A DNA stretch of 64,000 nt. Source: Octopus vulgaris (taxonomy: Eukaryota). The notes under the pieces are model-generated. The model was not told the DNA's origin. It ran no database searches and worked only from the letters and a program-made list of their open reading frames with translations. Where the stretch lies: assembly GCA_951406725.2 (NCBI GenBank), contig OX597817.1:112654001-112718000 (forward strand). The letters are read 5' to 3'. Position numbers and translations under genes: made by a program. Shown here piece by piece: positions 26,552 to 40,294 of this stretch (positions are counted from its first letter, which is position 1; the number at the start of each line of letters is the position of its first letter).

Positions 26552-28855
26552 TAGACATAAATTTTAAGTAGTGTTTGAATGTGTGAAATAAAGTATATGT
26601 ATGTATGTGTGTATGAGAGATAAATAAAATGTCTGCATATGAAACAATAATAGTTATAATGATAGAACAGGAATATGTGTGTATGATTGTATGTGTGGCA
26701 ATGTATATGAGAGAAGTTATGCAATAGAATATGTTATTACATTAACACATATATGCATGATGTATAACATATTAAAAATCTTAAGTGAAAAACGAGTAAG
26801 GCCATAAAAGACTTTTATGCCCTAAATTCACACAATCCTGGCATAGCAATTTTTCATATGTAATCGTCTAAGACTAAAATATAACAGTGTTACTCTCATA
26901 ATAACCATTGAAGTGTTCTATTACAAAAGACTGTTATTTAAATCAACTCCACTAGTATTTCCCTTTTCTCTTAGAATTTCACCTACTTTTCATACACACA
27001 CACACACACAAAATAACAGGATGTGTTAAACACAATGCATTCACAGTTGCATTTTCGCTTAGTTTGTCACAGCATGTTGTTTAGTGCATCTTTAATACAC
27101 ATTAGATTGATCACCAATTACAAATTTATCTCATCACATGGTAAATTTCATAGTAGAGTATGAAAATACACCATAAGGAAATATTGGTTTCAAACTTTGG
27201 TGGGCACAAAGCCAGCAATTTTGTGGGAGGGAGTAAGTTGATTAAATCAACCCCAATGCTTGACTGGTACTCATTTTTGTCGACCCTGAAAGGCAAAGTC
27301 AATCTCAGCGAGATCTGAACTTGGAGCGTAAAAGACAGACAAAATGCCGATAAGCATTTTGCACAGCATGCTAAAGATCTGCCACTACACAGCCTTACCA
27401 AGTAAATATATTGGCTTCAGGTTTTGGCACAAGACCAACAATTTCAGGGAGGGAGTAAGTCAAGTACATTGACCCCAGTGCTTGACTGGTACTTATTTTA
27501 TCAACCCCAAAGAGATGAAAGACAAAGTTGACCTTAGAGGAATTTGAAATCAGAACATAAAGATGGACGAAATGCTGCTAAGCATTTTGCCCAGTGTGCT
27601 AATGATTCAGCCAACTCACTATTTTACCATAAAGAAATATTAGATTATTTAGAACAGATGGTTAGTAGTTAAACAAACTAATTGTAAGTTCTTACAATTG
27701 GTTATTCATCATCATCATCATCATCATTTAACGTCCGCTTTACATGCTAGCATGGGTTGGACAATTTGACTGAGGACTGGCTAACCAGATGGCTGCACCA
27801 GGCACCAATCTAATCTGGCAGAGTTTCTACAGCTGGATGCCCTACCTAATGCCAACCACTCCAAGAGTGTAGAGGGTGCATTTATGTACCACCAGCACGA
27901 GGGCCAGTCAGGCAGTACTGGCAACGGCCATGCTCAAATGGTGTTTTTTATGTGCCACCTGCACAGGAGCCAGTCCAGCTGCACTGGCAATCATCACACT
28001 CGGATGGTACTCTTAGTGCTCCACTAGCATGGATGCCAGTCATTGAATTAGTATCACTATATCTAAGCAAAAGCATAATATAATATTATATGTCTATTAT
28101 GTTTCATCATTTACTTGTTTCAGTCATTAGACTGTGGCCACACTGGGGCACCACCTTGAAGAACTTTTAGTCAAATGAATCAACCCCAGCACTTATTTTA
28201 TTTATGTAAAGTCTGGTACTTATTCTTTCAGTCTCTTTTGCTGAACCGCTAACACCCCAACAGTGGATGGGCAAATACAGACACAAAGGCACACACAAAC
28301 ATATGCAACAGGCTTCTTATAGTTTCAAGTTAAAAAAACACTTGCCCAAGGAGTCATGCAGTGAGACTGAACCCAGAACCAAGTAACTGGGAAGCAAATT
28401 TCTTACCACACAGCCACATTTGTGTCTGCATCATTAAATATTATTTAACCAGCAAAGAAAAGTCGTGACCCATTGTCTTCTAAGCTATCCAAGAAAAAGT
28501 TTAGTAACATTAAAAACGAATATATGTTCAGTTTAAAAGCTACAAGTTGTTTAAAACATAGGCCAAGAGAAAGGATTGGTTGTGCTTATTTGAGGACGAA
28601 GGTTAGAGAGGTACAAATGGTAAGCAAAGAAATAACTGGGACCTATGTGTTTAGCTTGAGCTATATTAAGTCAGCAAATTGAAAGGACATCAACCTAGTA
28701 ATAGCGGTAGGATAAAAGGAGAAAGGACACAACTTGTTGACAAGAAAATGATTGCAAAGTAACTGAGATTAAGTGCTTATCTATAAAACAGGCTGATACA
28801 TTAGACTGTTTAGAAATTATATGGGTGTTGGGAAGCATACTGAGTCAATTCATGA

Positions 28856-29352
28856 CACTATGTAACAAAATTTTTAGTTTTTCTTTGGTCTTTGGTTAGT
28901 AAATGTTATTTCTTATTTGCTTCTATCTAGAAACCAAACAAAATTACTACTATTCCTTTCAGCCTCTGTTTTTCTGACCTGAACACCAATGTTTTCAAAC
29001 TGACCTATTTTCCATTACATTTCAGACAGATTCAGCAGAAATATCATTATAGTAAATATTCTACTTAATTATAGTAAATATTCTACTTAATACCGGAGAT
29101 TTGCTTGTCAAATGCTTGATCATTACCACTTGGGCATGTTCCTTAGTGGTTGACAATTTGTACATCTCTGATCATGAGCAGGAGTAGTAAGGGAGCATCA
29201 TCGCCATGTGTTGAGAGGGATTCTTTGGGGTTTGAATAAATGTAACAAAAGGAAAGTTTGAAGGAAATATTAACCATTTTTCATACTTTCTAGGGGTAAG
29301 CAAATAGGAAATAACATTTGCTACCCAAGGACAAAAGTCAAGTTACACAGTG
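28856..29352. mobile_element. Chapaev3-like MITE
   Basis: CACT(A/G)TGTAAC termini, ~70-bp TIRs, TGA/TAA flanks; second copy at ~15860-16302. Confidence 0.65.
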
Positions 29353-30065
29353 TAATGGATAATGGAAGGTCAAAAGTGGCAGATGAAACATCCTATTCAT
29401 AAATATAAAAATACATCCAAAAATTTCAAGGGATTCAAGGAAACTTAACAGTTAAGAGCTTAGCTGTAGTTTCATTGTGCTAAGCAAATGAGAGACAGCT
29501 TTTCACTTGGAAAAGATGCCAATTCATTCCAAAGAAAAATCTCACATGGTCCTTGTTAAAACTAGACAAAATGAGATAATGTAGATACAAGGGCATTCTT
29601 TCTCCTGGAAAGAAAGAAAAAAATTGTCTGCAATAAATTTGAACTCAAAGTCATGTGAGCATGTTTTCCAATACTTAGCCATTTCACTTCTATTTATCTC
29701 TTTTCCTAACTGATACAGATAACTGAAGAAAACATTGGGAAATGCATTTGTTTATAGAGGTGGTTGAGTAGGATTCTTATCAGTAAAAAGCCAGATTTAT
29801 TTCCAACATAGTTCACAGAATCTAAAGGAATAAAATAGTTGTATCCTAATAAAATTACAAGTTATATATTCCAACTTATATATTGTTCAGTATGGTACAG
29901 AACATTTGTTTTTTATATTTGTTTTTGTTTGTTGTTTATTTTTTATTGTAGTGTGCTCTTTATTTCTTTCTTCCTTTCTTTTAATTTCTAGAAAACTATT
30001 CGAGTTTTAAATTCTCATAGATAACTTTCACAGTTATACTTCAGGCATGAATACTAGACCTACAT

Positions 30066-30131
<66 letters not shown>

Positions 30132-30252
30132 TTAGTGGAAGCCTGGAATATATTACATGAAATAGCATATATTACGCTATGTTGAGTATATCAATTTAAA
30201 GTAAACCAAGTTTGCTGCTATATACTGGATGTGTAGATTGTATGTACACAAA

Positions 30253-30817
<565 letters not shown>

Positions 30818-30849
30818 TAAGAAATAAAGATCTTATATATATATAGATC

Positions 30850-31898
30850 TTGGGACCCTTGCTGTTTTTGGTGGCGCTCTCTGACATGCCCTTGGTAGCA
30901 CAAACAACATCCTTCACTAGCTATGCTGATGACACAAAGGTAGCACAGGCAATCAAAAACCCAGCTGATGCTGACCTTTTACAACAAGATCTGGATGCCA
31001 TATACAAATGGGCTGAAGACAACAACATGCAATTTAATGCTGGTAAATTTCAAGCCTTACAATATCAAGCTGTAAACACATATACATTACAGCACAACTA
31101 TACTGGCCCAGGAGGGATCGAAATCCCAGTATCAAAATCAATACGGGACCTGGGGATAGACATGAGTGACGATGCATCTTTTTCTTCACACATCGCGAAG
31201 GTGGCGACAATGTGCAGACGACTCACTGGCTGGATCCTGAGGACATTCCGGACAAGAGACTGCGAGACCATGTTGACACTATGGAGGACATTTGTCCTAA
31301 GCCGCCTGGACTACTGCTCCCAACTGTGGTCACCGCATAGTGTCAAACTAACCACAGAGCTTGAGACAATCCAAAGACATTTCACCAAGAGGATTTCCAC
31401 CATGAAAGAAAAGAACTATTGGGAGAGGCTTAGGGAACTCAATTTGTACTCCTTGGAACGAGAGAGAGAGAGATATGCAGTGATATACATATGGAAAATC
31501 CTGGAGGGACTAGCACCAAATTTTGGAATTGAGAGCTGTTCCAATCCCCGTACAGGACGTCACTGTGTGGTGCCAAAGGTCCCGTCTTCCACATCCAGGG
31601 TAAGGAGCAGATACTGTAATAGCCTGGGGTTCAGGGGCCCTCAGCTGTTCAACAAACTGCCAAGAAAACTAAGAGATCTACATGATGCGGATGTGGACAT
31701 TTTCAAAAAACATCTAGACAAGCTGCTTTCCGGGATCCCAGATGAACCCACTGCAAGGTACGAAGGTAACCTAAGGGCAGCAGCTACAAACTCTCTCTTA
31801 GATCAGTGGCCAGCCACGGCAAACTGGACTTAGAGAGGGTAGCAACAAGGGTGGTGCCCCGGCATGGCCTCAGCCGGATGGCTGAAACAAGTAAAAGA
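30850..31898 (+). mobile_element. 5'-truncated CR1-group LINE (RT C-terminal half, open for 327 codons, plus 3' tail)
   Basis: GPLLF, YADD, LQQDL..IYKWA..NNMQFN..K, RDLG, RLDYCSQLWSP, YWERL.ELNLYSLE motifs. Confidence 0.92.
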
Positions 31899-31952
31899 GT
31901 ATAGATATATATATAAATAAAGATCTTATATATATATAGATAAGAAATAAAG

Positions 31953-34300
31953 AGGAAGAAATAAAGATCTTGACGAATTCTGTAACCACATTGAGAACTT
32001 TCCCTACCATACTATACATAAACAGAAAGTTAACTCAAATTTTAACACTACACAATGGAAAGAACTGATAGAACTTCAAAATGATGAGGATATAACCATT
32101 AAGGAAGCAGACAAGGGAAATGCAGTTGTAATAATGGATACATCATACTACAGAAATCTTGTAATTTCCTTGCTTGATGACGACCTACATTATGAAAAAA
32201 TTACCAACTACACCCCACAAAAAATAATGAAAACTCTTTCTTCACTAATTAAAACCCATGAAAAGGAACTAACAACCAAAGAGATTGACTTCCTAACAAA
32301 CTTTAAATGCAAACCTAGCCTTTTCTATGGTCTGCCAAAAATTCATAAAAGTCAAATTATAAATGAAACCATTAAAAAATCACCAAAGGCATATATACAC
32401 GCACCTAACCCGGGGGACCTAAAACTACGACCCATTGTAGCTGGCCCAACCTGTGAAACACACAGACTAAGTCTACTTATGGACATCCTCCTGAAACCCT
32501 TCCTTAAACATATCGATAGCCATATCAGAGATGACTTAGATATGTTAAACCAACCTTCCAAAAAAGCCAAGGAAGAAACTATCCTGGTTTCATTTGATGT
32601 AGTTAAATTATATACCAGTATACCTCATAATTATGGACTGGAGGCAATACAGTTCTGATTAGACCAATTTCCGGAAGAAATACCAAAAGGATCAGTAAAG
32701 AATTCATTACTAAATCAATTGAATTCATCCTACACAATAACCACTTCATGTTTGACAATACATTTTACTGTCAAAAATCCGGAATTGCTATGGGTACAAG
32801 GGCAGCACCAGTCATTGCGAACTTAACAATGGGATACATGGAAATAATCATTTACCAGGAATCTTTATCAATCTTTGGAAACCCCCTCTCTCAATACATA
32901 AAAGAGAATTGGAAACGATTCTTAGACGATTGTTTTATTCTCTGGAATGAAAACACAGATAAACTCCTAAAATTTAAAAACCTATTGAACAGCATAAACC
33001 CAAATATACAGTTCACAATGGAATACAACCAAAAGGAGCTCCCATTCTTGGATATACTAATTAAAAAAATTAACCTTAAAATAGAAACAGACATTTTTTA
33101 CAAAGCCACAGACGCCAAACAATACCTTCTTTTTAATTCATGCCACCCAAGACACACTAAAACAAACATCCCCTTCAACCTTGCAAGAAGGATATGCACA
33201 ATAGTGTCAGAACAAAATACCAGGAACTTTAGACTGCAAGAACTCAAAAACACCCTAATTGACAGACATTACCCAGCTCAACTCATAGAGGATGGGATCA
33301 GACGTGCAACAGAAATCAACATAGAAACTTTAAGAAAAGTTCAACACAACAACACACCTTCCCCGAAAATACTACCTTACATATCTACATACAACCCCAG
33401 AAACAAAGAAGCCTTCACCATCATCACCCAGAATTTACCAATACTTCATAAAGACCCCAAATTAAAGGAAATTCTAAACATACACCAAATCATTAAAAGC
33501 TACAAACAGCCTAAATCACTTAAAAAGATTCTCACAAAGGCAAAATTGTCTTCTGAAATTACGGATGCAAAAGTAAAAAAATGTGGTAGATCAAACTGTG
33601 CAACATGCCCTAACCTGCTAGAAGGATCAGAATTCCTCTTTAAAGAGGGACAGAAATTCAAGATCAAATCTAACTTTACTTGTGCCTCTGAAAACATAAT
33701 TTATGTCATAAAATGCTCGGGCTGCCACCAAGACTACGTGGGTTCCACGGGACTATCACTCAGACGGAGATGCACACTGCATCGACAACAAATTGCATTC
33801 CCAGAATATAGAATGATACCTTTTAGTGAGCACATTGAGAAATGCGCAAAGCAACTACTACCACAATTCTTAATCTTTCCATTTTACCAATGTGCTTTCG
33901 GATCATCAACACAAATTAGACTAAACAAGGAAACATTCTTCATTGAAAAGTACAAGCCCAGACTCAACCATCCGAACATACTGATACAGAGAAATTCACA
34001 CCAAGGGAAAGGAAAAATTTTTAAGCGATTATCTCCTTTACACCGGAAGAAATCACTCACTATCTTCCCTTATTTAGAACTCTCCTGAACATAAACATAA
34101 CGAAAACTCTATTCAACATAAACATAACGTCGCAAGAAATTTGAAAAGCTACAAACGAAACCGGTCTTTCTTTTAAATTATGTCATTATAAGAGAAAAAA
34201 TTTTTTTTTTTAATTTTCTAATATTCTTCAGACATATTGACGCAAATATATATATTTTTTAACATTTAAGCCTTCTGTAGTTTTTTCACTCTTTACTTTT
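31953..34300 (+). mobile_element. 5'-truncated Penelope-like retroelement (Neptune-type), RT + Cys linker + GIY-YIG
   Basis: ADKG, FYGLPKIHK, LRPIVAGP, SFDVVKLYTSIP, GIAMG, RFLDD, LPFLD, CGRSNCATC, NIIYVIKCSGC..YVGST..R. Only two lesions seen: TGA at 32656 and a frameshift near 32688. Confidence 0.95.
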
Positions 34301-34327
34301 TTCTATATATATATATATATGTATATA

Positions 34328-34363
<36 letters not shown>

Positions 34364-34368
<5 letters not shown>

Positions 34369-35076
34369 CTAATGAGTTCAGTATGCGGCAAAGTAATTTA
34401 TTTTACTAAGCCCTTTTATATAATGTAATAATTTGAATTCGCCTTAAATGGTCCCTTTGCATACTGAACACTTGGTGAAATTGATTAATAATTAATTAAT
34501 TTTACCCTCAATTGTTGAAATTATAATTAATCTCCCTCTAATTAATGCTTCGGATTTTACCGAAATAAGCATAGTGTTTGCTGATTTTAACCCACGCTGG
34601 TGGAAAGGGGAGAACAGAAATTCTTCGCTTGCATATTTGAGTTTGTTGGCACTGTTAGTTACGAGCAGATCTTCGAAAGCGATGAGAAGCCGAAAGGGTA
34701 TGCTCTCACTTTCAGTGTTTTCAAATCCAAACCAAGGAGTTTCTGAGCTGATGATAGAAGTGTCGTGTTGACTAATCTTGAAACGTACGTTCTCAAATAA
34801 CCTTTGCATTTGATTTTTTGATGTCTTTACCCCCAAACTTTCGTGAGTTGAGTTGAGCAAACACTATATGAGAGAGGTTTTCTTTAAGTATTAGAAATAG
34901 TTTAAAAAAGTTTTTTAGCTGCTATTTCTAATGAGTTCAGTATGCGGCAAAGTAATTTATTTTACTAAGCCCTTTTATATAATGTAATAATTTGAATTCG
35001 CCTTAAATGGTCCCTTTGCATACTGAACACTTGGTGAAATTGATTAATAATTAATTAATTTTACCCTCAATTGTTG

Positions 35077-35080
<4 letters not shown>
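34364..35080 (+). mobile_element. Retrozyme-like non-coding unit: 559-nt period, identical 158-bp terminal direct repeats, internal hammerhead
   Basis: 34364-34521 is identical to 34923-35080; (TA)n on both sides; a third partial copy at 35171-35230. Confidence 0.65.
34733..34806 (+). ncRNA. Type I hammerhead ribozyme motif
   Basis: tgag-CTGATGA(34748-54)-stem II (aga/tct, gtc/gac)-GAAA(34780-83)-cgtacg-TT-ctca; stem I extends via gtt/aac and caagg/ctttg; palindrome AACGTACGTT. Confidence 0.7.
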
Positions 35081-35173
<93 letters not shown>

Positions 35174-36464
35174 GAGTTCAGTATGTGGCAAAGTAATTAT
35201 TTTACTAAGCCCTTATATATAATGTAATATATATATATATGTATATATATATATATGTATATATATATGTATATATATATATATTTATATATACATATAT
35301 ATATACACACACACATGCATACACACACACATATGCATGCATGTGTACATACATACATACATGCAAGCATGAGTATGTCAGTACATAAGTTCTCATACGT
35401 ATCTACACACACAACACATATCACAGAAACAAACACAAGTATACACACACACACACACACACACACATACATACATACATACATACCTACACACACAAAC
35501 ATACGCTCATACATACAGCAAACTTCATGCACATGCAATAGCTACACATATGTGTATATCACATATGCATGTATGTATTAGTTTACATTTTGTTTTGATT
35601 TCAAACTAAAATTCCATTCAGGAGATATTATGTGTTTATAACCTTTCAAAGAATTTTTAAGTGCTGAAGTTCTTAATAACTTTATGAAAATTTGCTATAA
35701 GTAAGTCTTTAACTTCTTACAGAGGCTCGTTAACAAGTATTTACCAGTCTTTATCTTGCAACATCAATATGCAGCTGTTATTCAGGAGGAACCTTGACCA
35801 CATTAACCTAATCTATCTAACAAAGCCCAAAAACAGCAAGTTGGCACAGTTGTTAGAGTATCAGAATAAATGCTTTGCATTAGTTATCTCAGTTTCTTGC
35901 ATTCAGAGTTCAAATCCTGCCATGATCAGCTTTAGTTTTCACCTTTCTGAGGTTGCAAAAAATAAGATGTGTTAGGGTGATGGACTGGTGAAATCATTAC
36001 AGTATTTGATGAGGTGTCATGTGCTATTTGTTCCAGTATTTTGCATTCTGAGTTCAAATCGTACAGCAACTTAATTAGGTTGGTAGATGTAATATGTTGC
36101 TTAGTTTGATTCTACCACCTGACTCATGAGTTCCTTTAGCAGTGTGCGATCTGTTACAATTAGGGCTCTAGTATGAAGATTCATTCCTCATTCCCTCTCT
36201 CTCACTAGTGACAGTGATCCTATGAAGAGTCATAAGCACTGACCCTCCCTCCAGAATGAATAGTAAAAAACAAAAAAGTCCAGACTCTTGCTGCTGCTGC
36301 TGGCAATGTTTTAATGTCAACTTTTCCATGCTGCATTGATTGGACTAAGTTTATTAAGGTAGATCTTTTTTATGTTGCCATCCTTCATTTGTTTCCAAGC
36401 AAGGCAATACTTCCTCATAGCCAGAAATGTACGAAATTACTTGTGTGATGGTGGCAGTCATATA

Positions 36465-37346
36465 CAATTATCACATTGGTAACAGATCAATTCTGATTTG
36501 GGCTTCTTGCAGTCCTTGATCATATGGGGCTCATGACATCTGAAGCACTACCTCTTCAAAGGACGTATTCATTCTTTTTCCCCTCTCAACCTCATGGAGC
36601 TCTCAGCTTACCATCTTATTGGACCTTTCCCCACTACAGCCACTGCTACAAAGCTTTGTGGACAGTTTGTCAAAACCATGATCTTGATGTCTAATAACTG
36701 CTGTAACTCTATTGACTTGTGATCAGGGAAACCAGTCTGGTTGTTCTCTTCAGCCATTCTCCAGTGTATTCAGCCAGTCTCTGCAACCCTCTGACATTGT
36801 TGATAAACATATCCAGTCATTCCCCATTCCATCTTGTTCTTTCCAGCCTACTATAAACCATAAATGCTTCCTCCATAAATGCTTCTTTTAATCTGGTTTC
36901 TATTCTTCCTGGATCTAGTTGGGCTTCTTCATTCATTTCTAGGTACAATGCCAACTATAGATATAATGACATAAAACTTGCCTGGTCGTTAATCTCCTGC
37001 AGATTTGTGGTCAACCTAACCTTCTTCACCCAATCAACCACATCTTCCTCACCACTAAATGGTTTTATCACATTGCTAGTGATGTTCACCTTGCCTGACA
37101 TATTCACTTGCTTCTGAGCCAAAACAGATTGTAGCAAGTATTGAATGAACTGAGGGAAAAACAATTTTTACATAAACTTCAAGAGAAAGAATCAACTGGT
37201 TGCACCACAAGAAGGAAGCAGGGAAAACATTCCACTCCACATGGAGATCACTATCTTTCCTTATCACTTCCACACCTACTTGCTGGCCCCAACATACAAC
37301 TCATCACATCCATTCCGCACCACTCTCACTATTTCAGCTCATAACA
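36465..37346 (-). mobile_element. Gypsy-type LTR retrotransposon relic: putative 5' LTR (37130-37346) plus decayed gag
   Basis: TG...CA-bounded segment, then IKPFSGEEDVVDWVKKVRL and zinc knuckle CFRCHEPHMIKDC...ICYQC. Confidence 0.7.
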
Positions 37347-37449
37347 TTACAACAACAATAGCAAAACAACAACAAAACAGAAGGAAGAAAGATGAGACAA
37401 AAAAACAAAGGTTTTAAGATAGGAAAAAGAAGGTTCAAAATATACTTAC

Positions 37450-37521
37450 AGTGTTTCCAGATACTGCAGATTTGAAAATGTACCAACAGCAATATTTTTT
37501 ATTTTGTTTGATCGAAGATCT
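37450..37521 (-). CDS. PXDN: Internal 72-nt LRR exon 1 (DLRSNKIKNIAVGTFSNLQYLETL) of a peroxidasin-like LRR gene
   Basis: Minus strand reads ccttctttattcttcAG|72 nt open|GTaagt, phase 2/2, fitting the LxxLxLxxNxIxxI consensus. Resembles human PXDN [24 protein letters not shown] (from memory). The exon is solid; PXDN identity is inferred. Confidence 0.8.
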
Positions 37522-38971
37522 CTGAAGAATAAAGAAGGAAAAAAGGAAGAAATTATTACATGAATAAAAGGTATTGTGGAATTACAAGGGATATTGTTTA
37601 AGCTCAGCTAAGTGACACTATGTTTAACCCATGCTTGGATTCATACTTTACATACTGTTACTTTGTTATGTGGTTCTGTATCACTGGCAAAATAAGGTTA
37701 CCTTACAGTAAATATGCAACATAGTTTATACAGTACAGTTCAAGGTTGTAAGCAGCAGAAGTACAGGATAACTGGTATGTATTTAGTTCATATGCTGTTC
37801 ATGGTTCAAATCTTCAGATAGGGACTTACCAGTAATAGAGTAACACTTCACATTCAGTGAATTTATTTTGCTTCCAGTTAAAAGAGAATGTACACCATTT
37901 GATTTCTACCAACAAAGCTGAATTTACTCCCTTTAACTTGGCATAGTTTAGTTACATTGATGCGGTTGTAGTTTTCTTTCTTTATAAGTCAAACTGCATC
38001 CCGTACATCAACTTCACGTATTTCCAGGTAATTAGATCACCACTGATTTTCCTTAGAATCATACATAAATGAGTATAGAAAACTCACCCAACAACATGTT
38101 CATATTTGCAGAAACAATAAGCAGTTCATATAAGGTAAGAACATGCAATACCTTATTATATACAAAATCTTACTTAATCCTGAAAAGATGACAGGGCTGA
38201 TCAATCAGTTGAAAAATCAATTGACAAAGAAGATTGTATTAGTTCGTTCAATTTCCTACAAGAATAAATATAGTTTTATATATGTAAAGTAATTACTTTA
38301 TATTTTAATTTTTTTGAAAAATAAGTGCATATAGGGCTTGTGAAAAAGGTTCCATCTTCTTGGCACTGAAATTCCAAATGAGACTCCATCTGCAAAGGGT
38401 TAAAAAATCTAACTATAACCTAAGTAATGACATTATCATTGGTATTAACTCATATCTAAGTAGTTAATCTGTAGTGTGTGATTGAACCTCTTCCCACTGA
38501 TGGGTGTGAAGGGTACCAGTGCCTGAGGTGGCTCTTCAGGCCAAGGGCAATATAGAAGTGTTGGGGGCATTCATTGCAGGGGCAGGTTGGCAAGGGATGA
38601 GGAAGTATGAGTCACTCTTTGCATCTTTGATGTTTGATCCTTGCCTCATGACATTTGTTATTTTCCATCTGGTCCATTGAGTAAGGGTCAAACATCAAAG
38701 ATGCAAGGAGTGTAGTGGCTGCTTTTTTCGTTCCACCAGCACAGGAGCCAGTCAGGCAGGCCTGGCATTGATCATGTTCAGATAGTTCTTTTTACATGCC
38801 ACCGGCACGGGAGCTAGTCAGGGGGCACTGGCATCAGCCACATTCGGATGGTATATGTTGAATATACTCTCAATTCATTGTGAGTACGAAAATGCTAGTC
38901 TCAATTCTCAAGAAATAATGTCCTCCACAATGCTAAATACATAGAAAAACATTATTGATAAATTTGTTTAA

Positions 38972-39192
38972 CCCTTTCGTTACCAACCCAGCCAAAACCA
39001 GCTCTGGCTCTGTAGTACAAATGTCTTGTTTTCATAAGTTTCGCATTAAAATATACCACCAAACCTTAGTCACAATTTATGTTCCTAACACTAGCTGAAT
39101 GATAACTGAGTTATTTTACTAAATTCTTTGTTATACTTAAAATAATTGAAAGAAACACAGAGCATCTCAAAATAAATACAGTAACGAAAGGG
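38972..39192. mobile_element. piggyBac-type MITE, intact 221 bp
   Basis: TTAA|ccctttcgttac...gtaacgaaaggg|TTAA. Confidence 0.9.
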
Positions 39193-40294
39193 TTAAACAG
39201 ACCAAGTGTAAAAACTAATGCAATTATTTGATTTGTAATCAGCTAATTTTTTAACATTCATCCATCACCAAAGATTTATTATCCATCTATCACCAAAACC
39301 CTCTTCTATAAATCTATACAGATCACATCTAAGCACACAAACAATATCAGACAAGTTCAAGACTATAGTACAGTCTAGACGTCCATTTTTACAGAACAAC
39401 AATGAATTGAGAGTATATTCAACATTTCCATGGATAGCTATAATTTTACAGAAGCATGCAAAATTGTAGACCTGTTGCTGCTAAATAAACTAAGACAGAT
39501 AGACAGGAATATATGTGTACAGGAATGATGACACAATGCCTTTTAGAAGTTATAAATAATATACTGAGGTTAAAACATCAAAATGGTTAATCTGAAGATA
39601 ACAATAGAAACCAAGTTGGTATCTACTAACTTCCTGATTGAAATAATTAACATCAGGTTGCAAAGAATCCTATATAAACTTAACTACCAATATTGCAGCC
39701 ATGACCAATGCCAGTGTTGCATGTCCAGCCCATTTAAAAGTATGCATGAGAAGACCTGTTGAGTCATGTAAAACCAAAATTGTAGCTGTGGCCAGTGTCC
39801 TCTGTCTGGCTCCCATGCACGTAAAAAGCACCATCCAGATGTGGCTGATGCCAGTGCCCCCTGGCTGGCTCCCATGCCGGTGGCATGTAAAAAGAACTAT
39901 CTGAACGTGATTGATGCCAGGCCTGCCTGACTGGCTCCTGTGCCAGTGGAACATAAAAAGCAACCACTACACTCTCAGAATCGTTGGCATAAGGAAGGGC
40001 ATCCAGCTGTAGAAACATTGCCAGATCAGATTGGAGCCTGGTGCAGCCACTGGCTTTCCAAACTTCAGTCAAACCATCCAACACATGCCAGCATGGAAAA
40101 CAGATGTTAAACCATGATGATGATGATGATCTGTGTGCACGTGTGTGTGTTTGTGTGTGTTATATATATATATAAAGTAACAAACTGAGGAAAAGAAATC
40201 CTTCAAAGGGGTTTCTTAAGCATCCAAATCACTAGTACTTCAGTTGGATACCATATAAATATTGGTATAATTCAATTAAAAAGATAAATTAGAA

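Noticed and set aside
32656-32658. In-frame TGA in the Neptune ORF as programmed readthrough
   Set aside because: It falls at a position normally Trp (FWL) and is followed by a frameshift; simple mutation is more likely.
34492-34860. 122-aa minus-strand ORF inside the retrozyme-like unit
   Set aside because: Non-ATG start and no recognisable motif; length is compatible with chance, though not formally excluded.
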